Positions 29,470 to 38,057 of a stretch of DNA of 64,000 bases are shown here, in pieces. The DNA lies in the IMG/VR virus record IMGVR_UViG_3300027971_000046, positions 1 through 64,000 of that record; one strand, 5' to 3'. The notes under the pieces were generated by a model. It was given only the letters and a program-made list of their open reading frames with translations. It searched no databases and was not told the DNA's origin. The DNA is from a virus. A program made the position numbers and the translations under genes. Position 1 is the first letter of the stretch. The number at the start of each line of letters is the position of its first letter.

Positions 29470-29483
29470 TAGGAGGCGCACAC

Positions 29484-29804
29484 ATGGACGACACCTTCAA
29501 GGGCAGCATCGTGATACGGCACACGCCTAGCGGCAAAGTAGTGCCAGACCACAATCAGATCAAGATTGTGTTTCCCAATCGGTACACGGTCAGCATCGTG
29601 TACGGCGCATCGGTGTACTCCACGAACCGCAGCGGTTCGCGGTTCGATCAAAAAATTCTTTCAGACGATTACGCTACGAGCGTAGAGATCGCCATCCTGA
29701 ACCCCGAAGGGCTGTTCGTGCCCTTCAAGGACGGCGAAGACATCAAGGGATTCGTCCCGCTCACTGAACTGTTCGGCATTCTCAACTGGGTTTCTACCCG
29801 CTAA
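29484..29804 (+). CDS. hypothetical phage protein
   Basis: SD AGGAGG; FPNRYTVSIV...SVEIAIL. Confidence 0.65.
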   Translation: MDDTFKGSIVIRHTPSGKVVPDHNQIKIVFPNRYTVSIVYGASVYSTNRSGSRFDQKILSDDYATSVEIAILNPEGLFVPFKDGEDIKGFVPLTELFGILNWVSTR

Positions 29805-29813
29805 CACAAGGAA

Positions 29814-30200
29814 ATGACTTCAATGACTACCAACAACAACACGCTTCCCCTTCTCGCCTCTTACACCCCTGGTCAGATTGAATTCATCAAGTTTCTTCAG
29901 ACGAATCGCGGCGCGCTGACGGTGTACGACACCTGCACCGTGAGCCGCAAGGACTTGGTGACCCTGCTGTCCAAGAGCGTGTATGTGGCTGTGCCCGCGT
30001 GGATCGCCGCTGCGAAGGCTCGTCGTGCGGGTCGCGGCAACTACTACATTCCTGAACTCCACGCAGAGATCGCCGCTCTCACTGTGAACACCAACAACCG
30101 CGGTCGCAAGGCAGGATCGCGCAACAAGAAGGGCGTGGTCGCCCCGCCCACCCCGCCGCAGACTCCCGCGCAGCCCCAGTTTGCCGCCACCACCGCCTAA
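29814..30200 (+). CDS. putative DNA-binding protein homologous to the ATPase N-terminal domain
   Basis: VPAW...GRGxYxxPEL...RGRxAG shared with 28123-29469. Confidence 0.65.
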   Translation: MTSMTTNNNTLPLLASYTPGQIEFIKFLQTNRGALTVYDTCTVSRKDLVTLLSKSVYVAVPAWIAAAKARRAGRGNYYIPELHAEIAALTVNTNNRGRKAGSRNKKGVVAPPTPPQTPAQPQFAATTA

Positions 30201-30220
30201 TTTCTCAAAGGAACCACACA

Positions 30221-30451
30221 ATGGCACTCGGAACCATCACCATCAAGATTCTCCGCGCTCGGGTTGCGTGTCTCATGTCGGAAAACGCCGCTCTGCACCG
30301 CGAAAACAAGCGTCTCCGCGCTGCGTGTGAAGTGTTTGACTACAAGCCAGCCGCCGAAATCCCCGTGACCGACCCCACTGAACGGGACTACGGGCTTGGT
30401 GGAGACGAATGGATTGATTCGCGCAGCGGTCGGGACACCTGGCACTCGTAA
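30221..30451 (+). CDS. hypothetical protein
   Basis: SD AAGGA; short coiled coil. Confidence 0.55.
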   Translation: MALGTITIKILRARVACLMSENAALHRENKRLRAACEVFDYKPAAEIPVTDPTERDYGLGGDEWIDSRSGRDTWHS

Positions 30452-30457
30452 AAATCA

Positions 30458-30531
30458 GTCCCTGTAACTCAGCAGGATAGAGTAGCCGCCTTCTAAGTGG
30501 CAAGTCAGTGGTTCGAATCCACTCAGGGACG
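30458..30531 (+). tRNA. tRNA-Arg(UCU)
   Basis: Cloverleaf GTCCCTG/CAGGGAC, anticodon loop CTTCTAA, GTTCGAATC. Confidence 0.92.
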
Positions 30532-30545
30532 CTAGAAACACGAAA

Positions 30546-30755
30546 ATGAACGCAAATTACGCAACAATTCGCAACGGAGTAGTGCTGCTGTGGCGCAGTG
30601 GGTGGAATTCACCCCTCTGCACGGTGTGTCGGGACGCGCAAAACGCTCAAGTCTACGGCAATGAACTCGTAGTAGCGTTCCGAAACGGCTCCACCACGGT
30701 TTTTCGCATTACTCCGAACGGTTCCAACGCATTTCCTGTCCGCACTACTCGCTAA
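30546..30755 (+). CDS. hypothetical protein
   Basis: 69-aa ORF after the tRNA. Confidence 0.5.
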   Translation: MNANYATIRNGVVLLWRSGWNSPLCTVCRDAQNAQVYGNELVVAFRNGSTTVFRITPNGSNAFPVRTTR

Positions 30756-30768
30756 AAGAGAAAAAATC

Positions 30769-30933
30769 ATGCCCCGACTCGCCGTGCTTGAATGTGACCT
30801 CCGTGACGACACCATTAATTGGGCGGAATTCGATAATTCCATCCGCTCGGACGCTGATCCGCGTGAAATCCGCCGCCCCACTGACGAAGACGAGTGGGAA
30901 GACGAGGATGACAGCGACAACGACCGCCGCTAA
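30769..30933 (+). CDS. small acidic hypothetical protein
   Basis: MPRLAVLECD...EDEWEDEDDSDNDRR*. Confidence 0.5.
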   Translation: MPRLAVLECDLRDDTINWAEFDNSIRSDADPREIRRPTDEDEWEDEDDSDNDRR

Positions 30934-30946
30934 TCACTAAACTCTT

Positions 30947-31019
30947 GGCACTGTAGCCCAATGGCAGAGGCATTCGACTCAAAATCGAACTAGTGTGGGT
31001 TCGACTCCCACCAGTGCTA
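30947..31019 (+). tRNA. tRNA-Leu(CAA), short variable loop
   Basis: GGCACTG/CAGTGCT, TTCGA-CTCAAAA-TCGAA, GTTCGACTC. Confidence 0.88.
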
Positions 31020-31029
31020 CTAAAAAACT

Positions 31030-31350
31030 ATGAAAACTCACGAATTCCGCAACACCGTAGCCAAGCACCGCTGCCACCGCTTTGTCACCCTCATGCAGCC
31101 GTACAGCCAGGGACGCACCACTGTGACCTTCCACTACGATCCCGATGGCGCGTTTGCATTCGTGTGGCTCACTGCCACTAGCGCGGACGGCAAGCCCGTG
31201 TATGTGTCTGATGGGCACTACGCGCTAGAGAGCGACTGGCATATCTCCCTGTTCACTGAGAACGCACGGCGCGTGTGGGGTGATCTGCGCTCAGAGGGAT
31301 GGGTAGAGATTGCACAGGGCAGCATTGGTGCGCCTGTGAGTACTAAATAA
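31030..31350 (+). CDS. hypothetical protein
   Basis: 106-aa ORF; ARRVWGDL..GW ending shared with other small early ORFs. Confidence 0.6.
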   Translation: MKTHEFRNTVAKHRCHRFVTLMQPYSQGRTTVTFHYDPDGAFAFVWLTATSADGKPVYVSDGHYALESDWHISLFTENARRVWGDLRSEGWVEIAQGSIGAPVSTK

Positions 31351-31390
31351 ATCGTAGCCGTGTGGGATTCGTCCCGTGCATCGCTACAAC

Positions 31391-31427
31391 GCCCCTGTCC
31401 GCCTACGCACGGACAGGGGCTTTTTTT
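31391..31427 (+). terminator. intrinsic terminator
   Basis: GCCCCTGTCCG-loop-CGGACAGGGGC followed by a T run. Confidence 0.8.
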
Positions 31428-31538
31428 ATTTCTACACCGCGTACTCCCCCGCACAACGCAGTCGGACAACAGTGCCAGGCGAAACCGTGGGGGGTTTAGT
31501 GGGCGCGTTAGCACCTCAACCCAAAATCCTCAAATCGC

Positions 31539-31827
31539 ATTTCAAAAAATCACGGTGGGACTCCACCCTACCATACTTTTCAAATATTCACCGTGGGGTT
31601 TCCACCCCACCCAAGTTTTCAAATATTGGGTTCCCATACGCCCCTCCCACACTTTTCAAATATTGGAGCCTCCCCTTGGAGCCTCCCCGTGCCGCCTTCC
31701 CGCCCACGCGCCCCTGTGCCGCCTGTAGCCCCGTGCAGCCCCGTACAGCCTCCCCACGCCACACCGAAACGCTTACAGCCACACCGAAACCCTTACCACA
31801 CGCCCCCCATATCCCGAAACGCTTACG
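31539..31827. repeat. non-coding region with phased direct repeats
   Basis: TTTTCAAATATT at 31577, 31616, 31653 (variant at 31539); CCGAAACSCTTAC three times. Confidence 0.75.
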
Positions 31828-31893
31828 GATTGAAATATGGAAGAATGGGCACACGGGTCTTGACCTCTCCACCCCATACCGTATACTTGGGGT

Positions 31894-32028
31894 ATGAAAG
31901 AGCAATTCCTGTTTAGTTGGGTTTTACCTGCCACCGCAGCAATCACCGCGCTGCTCCTGTTTGTGCTGCTGCTGAGTGTGGTGTGGGACTACATGAGCGC
32001 AGAAGGAGGAAGCCGCCGTGAACGCTGA
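31894..32028 (+). CDS. small membrane protein, leaderless
   Basis: TTGACC-16-TATACT-6 nt-ATG; single hydrophobic helix. Confidence 0.55.
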   Translation: MKEQFLFSWVLPATAAITALLLFVLLLSVVWDYMSAEGGSRRER

Positions 32029-32419
32029 TCCCTCTCAACAGGTGCAGTCCTATGCGTTTCGTTCCCGCTACGGTGTGCTGCGGTCGCTGTCCCCGTGTGG
32101 ATGGGGTGATGACGGCTACCGCCACTACATTGTGGACGGTGTGTCTGCGTATGTGCGCGGCGGCGAGGGCATGATTGATTTTGAGGGCGGACCGTTTGTC
32201 CACACAGGTGAATTTATTAATCCCGAATCTCCTCAACCCGTGTACTTGGTGGAGTGCTTGGGCGCGTTCCCGTGCATTGGCGCGGATGAAATCATTGTGG
32301 GCGTGGAGTGGGTGGACGGCGAGAGCGCGGCGCGGCTTCGCCGCGCCTCCCTATATTCCAAGGCGGACGGACACTACTACGCACACATTTGGACGCGGCG
32401 CGTATCTGACAACTCGTAA
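32018..32419 (+). CDS. hypothetical protein
   Basis: SD GGAGG; IDFEGGPF motif. Confidence 0.6.
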   Translation: MNADPSQQVQSYAFRSRYGVLRSLSPCGWGDDGYRHYIVDGVSAYVRGGEGMIDFEGGPFVHTGEFINPESPQPVYLVECLGAFPCIGADEIIVGVEWVDGESAARLRRASLYSKADGHYYAHIWTRRVSDNS

Positions 32420-32476
32420 CACTTTTTAGGTGATGGCTGCGGTGTTTGCCCGTTCTCGCAACCGAAAGGCTTAAAT

Positions 32477-32797
32477 ATGGACTCACAACACACTTGGGAT
32501 TTTCGCGTACTGCAACACGACGGATTTTACGCTGTTCACGAAGTGTACTACACAGACGGCGTGGCAACCACCTGCTCGCTTGACCCCATTCAGATTATGG
32601 GTGATGACTTGAGCGATCTGCGGGGCGAACTCAACCTCATGGCAGAAGCGTTCAGCAAGCCTGTTCTGGCGTACAGTGATTTTGTAAACACCACAATTGG
32701 AGACTCACATGAAGAAGTCACGGAAATCACCGAAGAAGACCGCGCCGAAGGCAACGCCAACAATGCCGCGTTCCGCGCCCACCCAAACGGCGGCTGA
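32477..32797 (+). CDS. hypothetical phage protein
   Basis: WDFRV...YAVHEVYY...AFSKPVL small phage family. Confidence 0.6.
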   Translation: MDSQHTWDFRVLQHDGFYAVHEVYYTDGVATTCSLDPIQIMGDDLSDLRGELNLMAEAFSKPVLAYSDFVNTTIGDSHEEVTEITEEDRAEGNANNAAFRAHPNGG

Positions 32798-33023
32798 ACT
32801 GGCGGCTGAAAACGCCGCGCTCCGCGCACAACTACAGGAACAGGAAGAAGTAGCGTTCTACTGTTGGGCGCGACTGGTGGACTATGACGGGTACTACAAT
32901 CCGCAGACCCGCAAGGGGGATGTGGAAGGGCTTGCACGAATCATTGATGATGTGCTTGAAACCCTCAAGACAGGAAAGACTCCCATGCAGCGACTGGAGG
33001 AATCCGATGAGCCAATCCTTTGA
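32709..33023 (+). CDS. hypothetical protein
   Basis: SD GGAG; overlaps the upstream ORF. Confidence 0.5.
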   Translation: MKKSRKSPKKTAPKATPTMPRSAPTQTAAELAAENAALRAQLQEQEEVAFYCWARLVDYDGYYNPQTRKGDVEGLARIIDDVLETLKTGKTPMQRLEESDEPIL

Positions 33024-33249
33024 CAGCCTGGTGCGCGAGATTGCCGCGCTGCGAACACAGTGCGAAGAGTTTCGTGTTCGCAACGAAATGCTACAGTACC
33101 ACTTGGATCGTGAACGCCGCGCAGTGCGGGAACTAGAGCGCGAACTTCAGGAGTACTACGGAGTACGGGGTGTTCGCACTCCTGATTTTTCACTCCCTGA
33201 ATACGATCCCCCCGCGCCGCTTGGGTGGGGCAAGGACAAGGACGAATGA
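33007..33249 (+). CDS. coiled-coil hypothetical protein
   Basis: SD GGAGG before MSQSFD. Confidence 0.5.
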   Translation: MSQSFDSLVREIAALRTQCEEFRVRNEMLQYHLDRERRAVRELERELQEYYGVRGVRTPDFSLPEYDPPAPLGWGKDKDE

Positions 33250-33647
33250 ACGCACCACCACAGGCACAATACGCCATCCACCGCATCACGGACGCGAACA
33301 GCAACGAGTGGAGTTTCCTTGTGTACTCCGCAGCGTGTCCTGATGTGCTTGTGGAGGCACGACCACAACGCCCCACCAATACAGGCTTTCCGTTTATGTG
33401 GGTGCATCAGATGGTTTTCAGCAACGCACTGCTGAGACAGTTGCCATCGGGCGCGAGATACGCAGAGTACGAACGCGCCACGCTGTTCAAGAACAAATAC
33501 CCTGAAGTCATTGCATTCAGCCGTGATGACGCGGTAACCGACACCATGACGGTGGGCATTCGTATTACATTCAACCGCGACAACACCGTGCGGTTAGCCA
33601 AGAGCGATGCGCGGCTGCTGTGGGAGCGTCTGTCCGCTGCGCGATAA
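33246..33647 (+). CDS. hypothetical protein
   Basis: ATGA coupling to the upstream gene. Confidence 0.55.
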   Translation: MNAPPQAQYAIHRITDANSNEWSFLVYSAACPDVLVEARPQRPTNTGFPFMWVHQMVFSNALLRQLPSGARYAEYERATLFKNKYPEVIAFSRDDAVTDTMTVGIRITFNRDNTVRLAKSDARLLWERLSAAR

Positions 33648-33656
33648 ATACGGGCG

Positions 33657-34418
33657 ATGCACTACCGCGCTGTTTTCATTTCCGATATGCACCTTGCTTC
33701 CAAAAAAGCAAAAGCCAAACCACTGAATGATTTTTTAAAGCACAACACATTTGAAACCATTTATTTGGTGGGCGATGTGATTGACATTTGGCGATTCAAG
33801 CAAGCGTTTGCCATGTCGGCGGAAAAACAAAACGAGCATCTAGAGGTGGTGGAGCGGCTACTGAAACACGCCCGTAAGGGAACGGCAGTGCATTATATTT
33901 GGGGCAACCACGATGAGTTCATGGCAAAGTTCCGTGGACACCAAATATTCGGATCGGTGTCGCTGCACGAACGCATGGATCACACCACCGCGAACGGCAC
34001 ACGATTTCTTGTGCTGCACGGACACCAGTTTGATCTGCTCACCAAGTATCCCGTTTCAGGCTTTATCTACAAAGCAGGAGACTGGGCATACGAGGTGCTG
34101 CTTAATATTAATGAAGCGTTTAATTGGTGCAGACGCGCAATTGGTATGCGCTACTGGAGCGTGTCCAAGTACATCAAGGTGAAAGTAAAGCGGGCTACTC
34201 AATTCATTGAAAGTTTTGAGTCCGTGGTGTGCCGCTATGCCAAGGAGCGCGGATACAGTGGTGTGATCTGCGGACACCTGCACGATCCCAAAATCAAAAG
34301 CGTGGACGGAATCGTGTACGCCAACTGTGGGTGCTGGACTGAAAAAGACAACTGCACCTTTCTGTACGAAGACGAGAACGGCTGTTTGAAAGTAGGCTCG
34401 TATGCGAGAACTCATTGA
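33657..34418 (+). CDS. calcineurin-like metallophosphoesterase, UDP-2,3-diacylglucosamine diphosphatase (LpxH-like) family
   Basis: ISDMHL, LVGDVIDIW, WGNHD, LHGHQFD, CGHLH, YANCGCW. Confidence 0.85.
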   Translation: MHYRAVFISDMHLASKKAKAKPLNDFLKHNTFETIYLVGDVIDIWRFKQAFAMSAEKQNEHLEVVERLLKHARKGTAVHYIWGNHDEFMAKFRGHQIFGSVSLHERMDHTTANGTRFLVLHGHQFDLLTKYPVSGFIYKAGDWAYEVLLNINEAFNWCRRAIGMRYWSVSKYIKVKVKRATQFIESFESVVCRYAKERGYSGVICGHLHDPKIKSVDGIVYANCGCWTEKDNCTFLYEDENGCLKVGSYARTH

Positions 34419-34572
34419 CAATGCACGGGATACGGTGATCCTGTGCGTGTGTATTGCAATCATCACACCCATCATGCTGTTTGGCACGGTGGAAGGCATG
34501 ATACGGCGGTGGTTCACCAAAGAGTCCAGAACAGGCTGTTGAGATTAATAAATAGTGCATGGAGGATTGCTC

Positions 34573-35091
34573 ATGCGCTTTAGATCAAATCAGTATCGTC
34601 ATATCACCGAAGCCACCAGTAGTGGAGTGGAGGGCGACTACGAGGGCGAGATGTCCCGTAGCGAACTCAAGTCCACCATTGCCAACTGCAAAGAACTGCT
34701 TGACATGATTGGCGAGGACGACGAGATTGAAGCGTGGGTGCAGTCCAAGATCACCAAGGCAGCAGACTACATTTCAAGCGTTCGCAACTACATGGTGGGC
34801 GACACCGTGAACGAAGCCGTGGGTGCATGGCAGCGCAAGGAAGGCAAGAACCCCGAGGGCGGATTGAACAAGAAGGGCGTGGCTTCGTACCGCCGCGAGA
34901 ATCCAGGCTCCAAACTGCAAACAGCAGTCACTACGAAGCCATCCAAACTGAAGCCAGGCTCCAAGAGCGCAAATCGCCGCAAGTCGTTCTGCTCACGCAT
35001 GAAGGGCATGAAGGCTAAACTCACCTCCGCAGAGACTGCGCGTGACCCTGATTCGCGCATCAACAAATCTTTGCGAAAATGGAACTGCTAG
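34573..35091 (+). CDS. two-module putative head protein
   Basis: HITEA; EAWVQSKITKAADY module; VNEA then AWQRKEGKNPEGGLN...RRKSFCSRM module. Confidence 0.7.
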   Translation: MRFRSNQYRHITEATSSGVEGDYEGEMSRSELKSTIANCKELLDMIGEDDEIEAWVQSKITKAADYISSVRNYMVGDTVNEAVGAWQRKEGKNPEGGLNKKGVASYRRENPGSKLQTAVTTKPSKLKPGSKSANRRKSFCSRMKGMKAKLTSAETARDPDSRINKSLRKWNC

Positions 35092-35114
35092 TAAGTTCCC
35101 GCGTACTAAATACT

Positions 35115-35230
35115 TGTGTCATCGGGCGGTGGTCGTAGGACAGTGCGAACTGGATTACGCTACTCATGCGTTGCGGGAACTTCGCTACCTGTTGACCGTC
35201 AGAGAGGGGAGCCGCAAGGCTCCCCTTTCG
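35115..35230 (+). ncRNA. candidate structured small RNA ending in a terminator
   Basis: CTAAATA box, long imperfect hairpin, GGGGAGCC-GCAA-GGCTCCCC terminator, no convincing ORF. Confidence 0.4.
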
Positions 35231-35349
35231 CTTTTAAATATACCCGTGAAGAATTCAAACTGAATACTTCATACCGCTCACCCAATTTGTGAGAGACTAG
35301 ATATAGCACCCCCTCAATTCCGAGGGGATTTTTGAAAAGGAGAGTCTTA

Positions 35350-36093
35350 ATGAAGACACTACTCACATCTCTGGCAGCCGCATCGGTTGCCGCCTCTGCT
35401 GCTGCTCAAGACGCAAAGCCTGTTGCTCCTGCGTCTGCGCCACTCTTCAGTGATATCACCCTCACAGAAAATGTTGGCGTGTACGACAAGAAGGGTGACA
35501 CCAGCACTGTTGCTGCTCTGAACACCCTGCTTGGTGTAAAGGCTATTGGACTTGACTGGCACTTGCTTGCGCCCGTCTATGTGTCTGATGCCAGTGGTTA
35601 CGGCAGCATTGAACTCGGCACTTCGTGGGATGCACTCAAGGACGCGGCGTTCCTTGGCAGCAAGACCACGGTGAGTGTTGAGGGTGGTCTGTGGATGCCT
35701 ACTGGCTCTGCAAACTACGAGAACACGGAACTTGCTCCCCACATTGGCGCGGCTGCACTGATGAACTGGGGCGAGTGGTCTTTCAATCAGACCTTTGACT
35801 GGCGTTTCGTGACGGGTTCCATGTACGACCCGCTGCTTGACCGCTTCTCCACCGATCTTGCCACGGCTGTTTCTAGCCTGGACTACAAGTGGAGCGATAC
35901 CGTGAAGTTTGGTGTTGATTTCGGTCAGTACTATTTTGTTGACGGCGGCGGCACGGTTCTTGTTACTCCCAATGTGGAGTGGACCCCCGCGCAGTCCGTG
36001 GTTGTGTCTGGCGGCGTGGGCGTTCCTGTTTGGCAGGATCTCGCTGTTGAGAACAACCTTGTTGTGAATGCTGGCGTTTCGTTCAAGTTCTAA
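35350..36093 (+). CDS. outer-membrane beta-barrel protein
   Basis: Signal peptide (ASAAA-QD), amphipathic strands, LWMPTG, C-terminal VNAGVSFKF. Confidence 0.75.
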   Translation: MKTLLTSLAAASVAASAAAQDAKPVAPASAPLFSDITLTENVGVYDKKGDTSTVAALNTLLGVKAIGLDWHLLAPVYVSDASGYGSIELGTSWDALKDAAFLGSKTTVSVEGGLWMPTGSANYENTELAPHIGAAALMNWGEWSFNQTFDWRFVTGSMYDPLLDRFSTDLATAVSSLDYKWSDTVKFGVDFGQYYFVDGGGTVLVTPNVEWTPAQSVVVSGGVGVPVWQDLAVENNLVVNAGVSFKF

Positions 36094-36113
36094 TTATAAA
36101 AGGAGATACTACT

Positions 36114-36281
36114 ATGGCTACTACCACTAATACCGTCAAGTCCTGCCCCGTCACTGGTTCTTTCTCGTGGAAGAACCCCCTTCATCTGGTTGCATTCTTT
36201 GCAGTGCTTCCGTTTGCCATCAAGGGCGCAGTGTTCCTCTACCATGCTGTAGAGAACGCAGTCGGCACACTCGTTAAGTAA
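36114..36281 (+). CDS. small membrane protein
   Basis: SD AAGGAG; 55 aa with one hydrophobic helix; followed by a terminator at about 36308-36331. Confidence 0.6.
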   Translation: MATTTNTVKSCPVTGSFSWKNPLHLVAFFAVLPFAIKGAVFLYHAVENAVGTLVK

Positions 36282-36391
36282 TTCTCTTAACGACTTAATT
36301 TCTGAAGAAGAGGGCGAAAGCCCTCTTTTTCATTTGCACTAAAATATTCGTGGGGCTTGCATCCGTGATGGGATGCTGTATACTTTGGGAT

Positions 36392-36904
36392 ATGAACGAA
36401 ACACACAAGCCATCCATTCTTGCATCACAGCACTACTTGTATGAAGTTTCAGGGCAAGCAGTGGTGGGTTACTTTCCGTGGCGTGAATCCGTGATCGTGG
36501 TGGAGTTTGATGCGTCCCGTGGTGCGTCCCGTGGTGAGTGCGTTGATCCTGATTACATCCGACACAACAGCAGTGTGCGATTGAAGTCGGTGGAAGAAGC
36601 ACGGCGTGATTGGATTTGGCGTGAGCGCAACACCGACGATACACATTCGCTACAGTGGTGCCGTGTGCTTGCGATTCCAAATTTCTCCGAAATTGAAGGG
36701 CATCTGAGGATTGTGTGCATTGGACTCGCCATTGGGTTCCGCGACCAAGAGGAAGCGCGTATTGGTCGCCAACAGCAGTCGGCAACCAACACAGAAACCT
36801 TTACCACTGTATTGGACAGAATCATCAAGCAGATGAAGGTGGAAGACAAAACTTCCCCTGTCATCGCAGAATACCCCAACTACAACTACGCAATGGAGGC
36901 TTGA
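36392..36904 (+). CDS. hypothetical protein, leaderless
   Basis: TTGCAT-16-TATACT-7 nt-ATG. Confidence 0.6.
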   Translation: MNETHKPSILASQHYLYEVSGQAVVGYFPWRESVIVVEFDASRGASRGECVDPDYIRHNSSVRLKSVEEARRDWIWRERNTDDTHSLQWCRVLAIPNFSEIEGHLRIVCIGLAIGFRDQEEARIGRQQQSATNTETFTTVLDRIIKQMKVEDKTSPVIAEYPNYNYAMEA

Positions 36905-36906
36905 AC

Positions 36907-37341
36907 ATGGACGCAACAGAACAGTACGAAAAGTGGAAGGCACAGTTTCCTCTGTGCTTTGAGCGCACGGGTTCGTGCATGGATTTTGGACTACAGTGTG
37001 GCAGCGGATGGTTCCCGCTGCTTGAGCGACTGCTCGCAAAGATTGAAGCCCACCTTGCGGAAAAGTACGCCGCAGGATTTCACGATCCCGAATACGGATT
37101 TCGCATTGACCAAATCAAGGAAAAGTTTGGAACGCTGCGGTTCTATGTGGGTGGCGGGGACGACACAATCTTTAGGTGGATCGTGGACGCTGAACGCGAA
37201 AGCGCACAGACCTGCGAAATGAGCGGCGCGCCAGGCACCCTGCACTGCAAGCGCGGTGGGTTCTGGCTGCGAACGCTGTCCCCCGAAAAGGCTGCGGAGT
37301 ACGACTACGAGCCGTACAAGGATGACGAATCATTCATTTGA
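36907..37341 (+). CDS. conserved phage protein
   Basis: CGSGWFPLL...QIKEKFGTLRFY...TCEMSG. Confidence 0.7.
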   Translation: MDATEQYEKWKAQFPLCFERTGSCMDFGLQCGSGWFPLLERLLAKIEAHLAEKYAAGFHDPEYGFRIDQIKEKFGTLRFYVGGGDDTIFRWIVDAERESAQTCEMSGAPGTLHCKRGGFWLRTLSPEKAAEYDYEPYKDDESFI

Positions 37342-37350
37342 GGAAACCCC

Positions 37351-37932
37351 ATGACCTTGCCGTATGAAGAAGTCAACAGCCTGAAAGCCGTTCGCAAGTT
37401 TCTGTACGATCTGCTTGACCCGTCCAAGACTCCGCGTGTGCCAAAGGCAATCCGCCTACGCGCACACCGCCTATCCAAGCACTACCCGATGGACCACAGC
37501 ATTACGGAGCGGTATCCTGATGTTGCGGAAGTGTCAGACACCCGTTTGCGGGACGCAATGAATCGCGTTACGGCTCAATACGAAAACACATTTAAAAGAC
37601 TCGCACAATCAGAACAGGAAGACGCAATGACTGAAGACAATACCACGACCACCACTCGCAAGAACTATCTCGCAGAAATCACCGAACAATATCTCAAGAA
37701 CGGTGAAACCATTACCGTTACCTTCACCAAGAAGGACGGCACGGAGCGCGTCATGCTCTGCACTCGCAACATGGCAGCGATCCCCGAGGACAAGCACCCG
37801 AAGGGCGATGGCAAGACGAAGGCGGCGCACCTGATTGTAGCCTTTGATTTGGAAAAGGGTGAGTGGCGATCATTCGGTGAAGAGTCCGTGCTGTCTGTGC
37901 AGCGCGGTTCCATGCTCCACGAATCGGTCTAA
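37351..37932 (+). CDS. two-domain protein: small helical N-domain plus SH3/WYL-like beta-barrel
   Basis: TPRVPKAIR..HYP N-domain; VTFTKKDGTERVMLCT...FDLEKGEWRSF C-domain. Confidence 0.65.
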   Translation: MTLPYEEVNSLKAVRKFLYDLLDPSKTPRVPKAIRLRAHRLSKHYPMDHSITERYPDVAEVSDTRLRDAMNRVTAQYENTFKRLAQSEQEDAMTEDNTTTTTRKNYLAEITEQYLKNGETITVTFTKKDGTERVMLCTRNMAAIPEDKHPKGDGKTKAAHLIVAFDLEKGEWRSFGEESVLSVQRGSMLHESV

Positions 37933-38057
37933 AATATTGCAGATTTCGTACCCCGCGCAGAACCCCTGTTTTTACAGGGGTTTCTGTGTATAAGTTATCG
38001 GACTTTGTAAATCAGCCTCTTGACGGAAACCCCTGTTTTCCAGTACAATGGTGGTCT

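Noticed and set aside
25508-29481. Long antisense ORFs (473 aa twice, 248 aa) and similar shadow ORFs elsewhere
   Set aside because: Expected by-product of strong GC3 codon bias on the coding strand; no motifs or start signals
31539-31664. CRISPR mini-array
   Set aside because: Repeats are only 12 bp, spacers resemble each other and are hairpin-like, and no cas genes are visible
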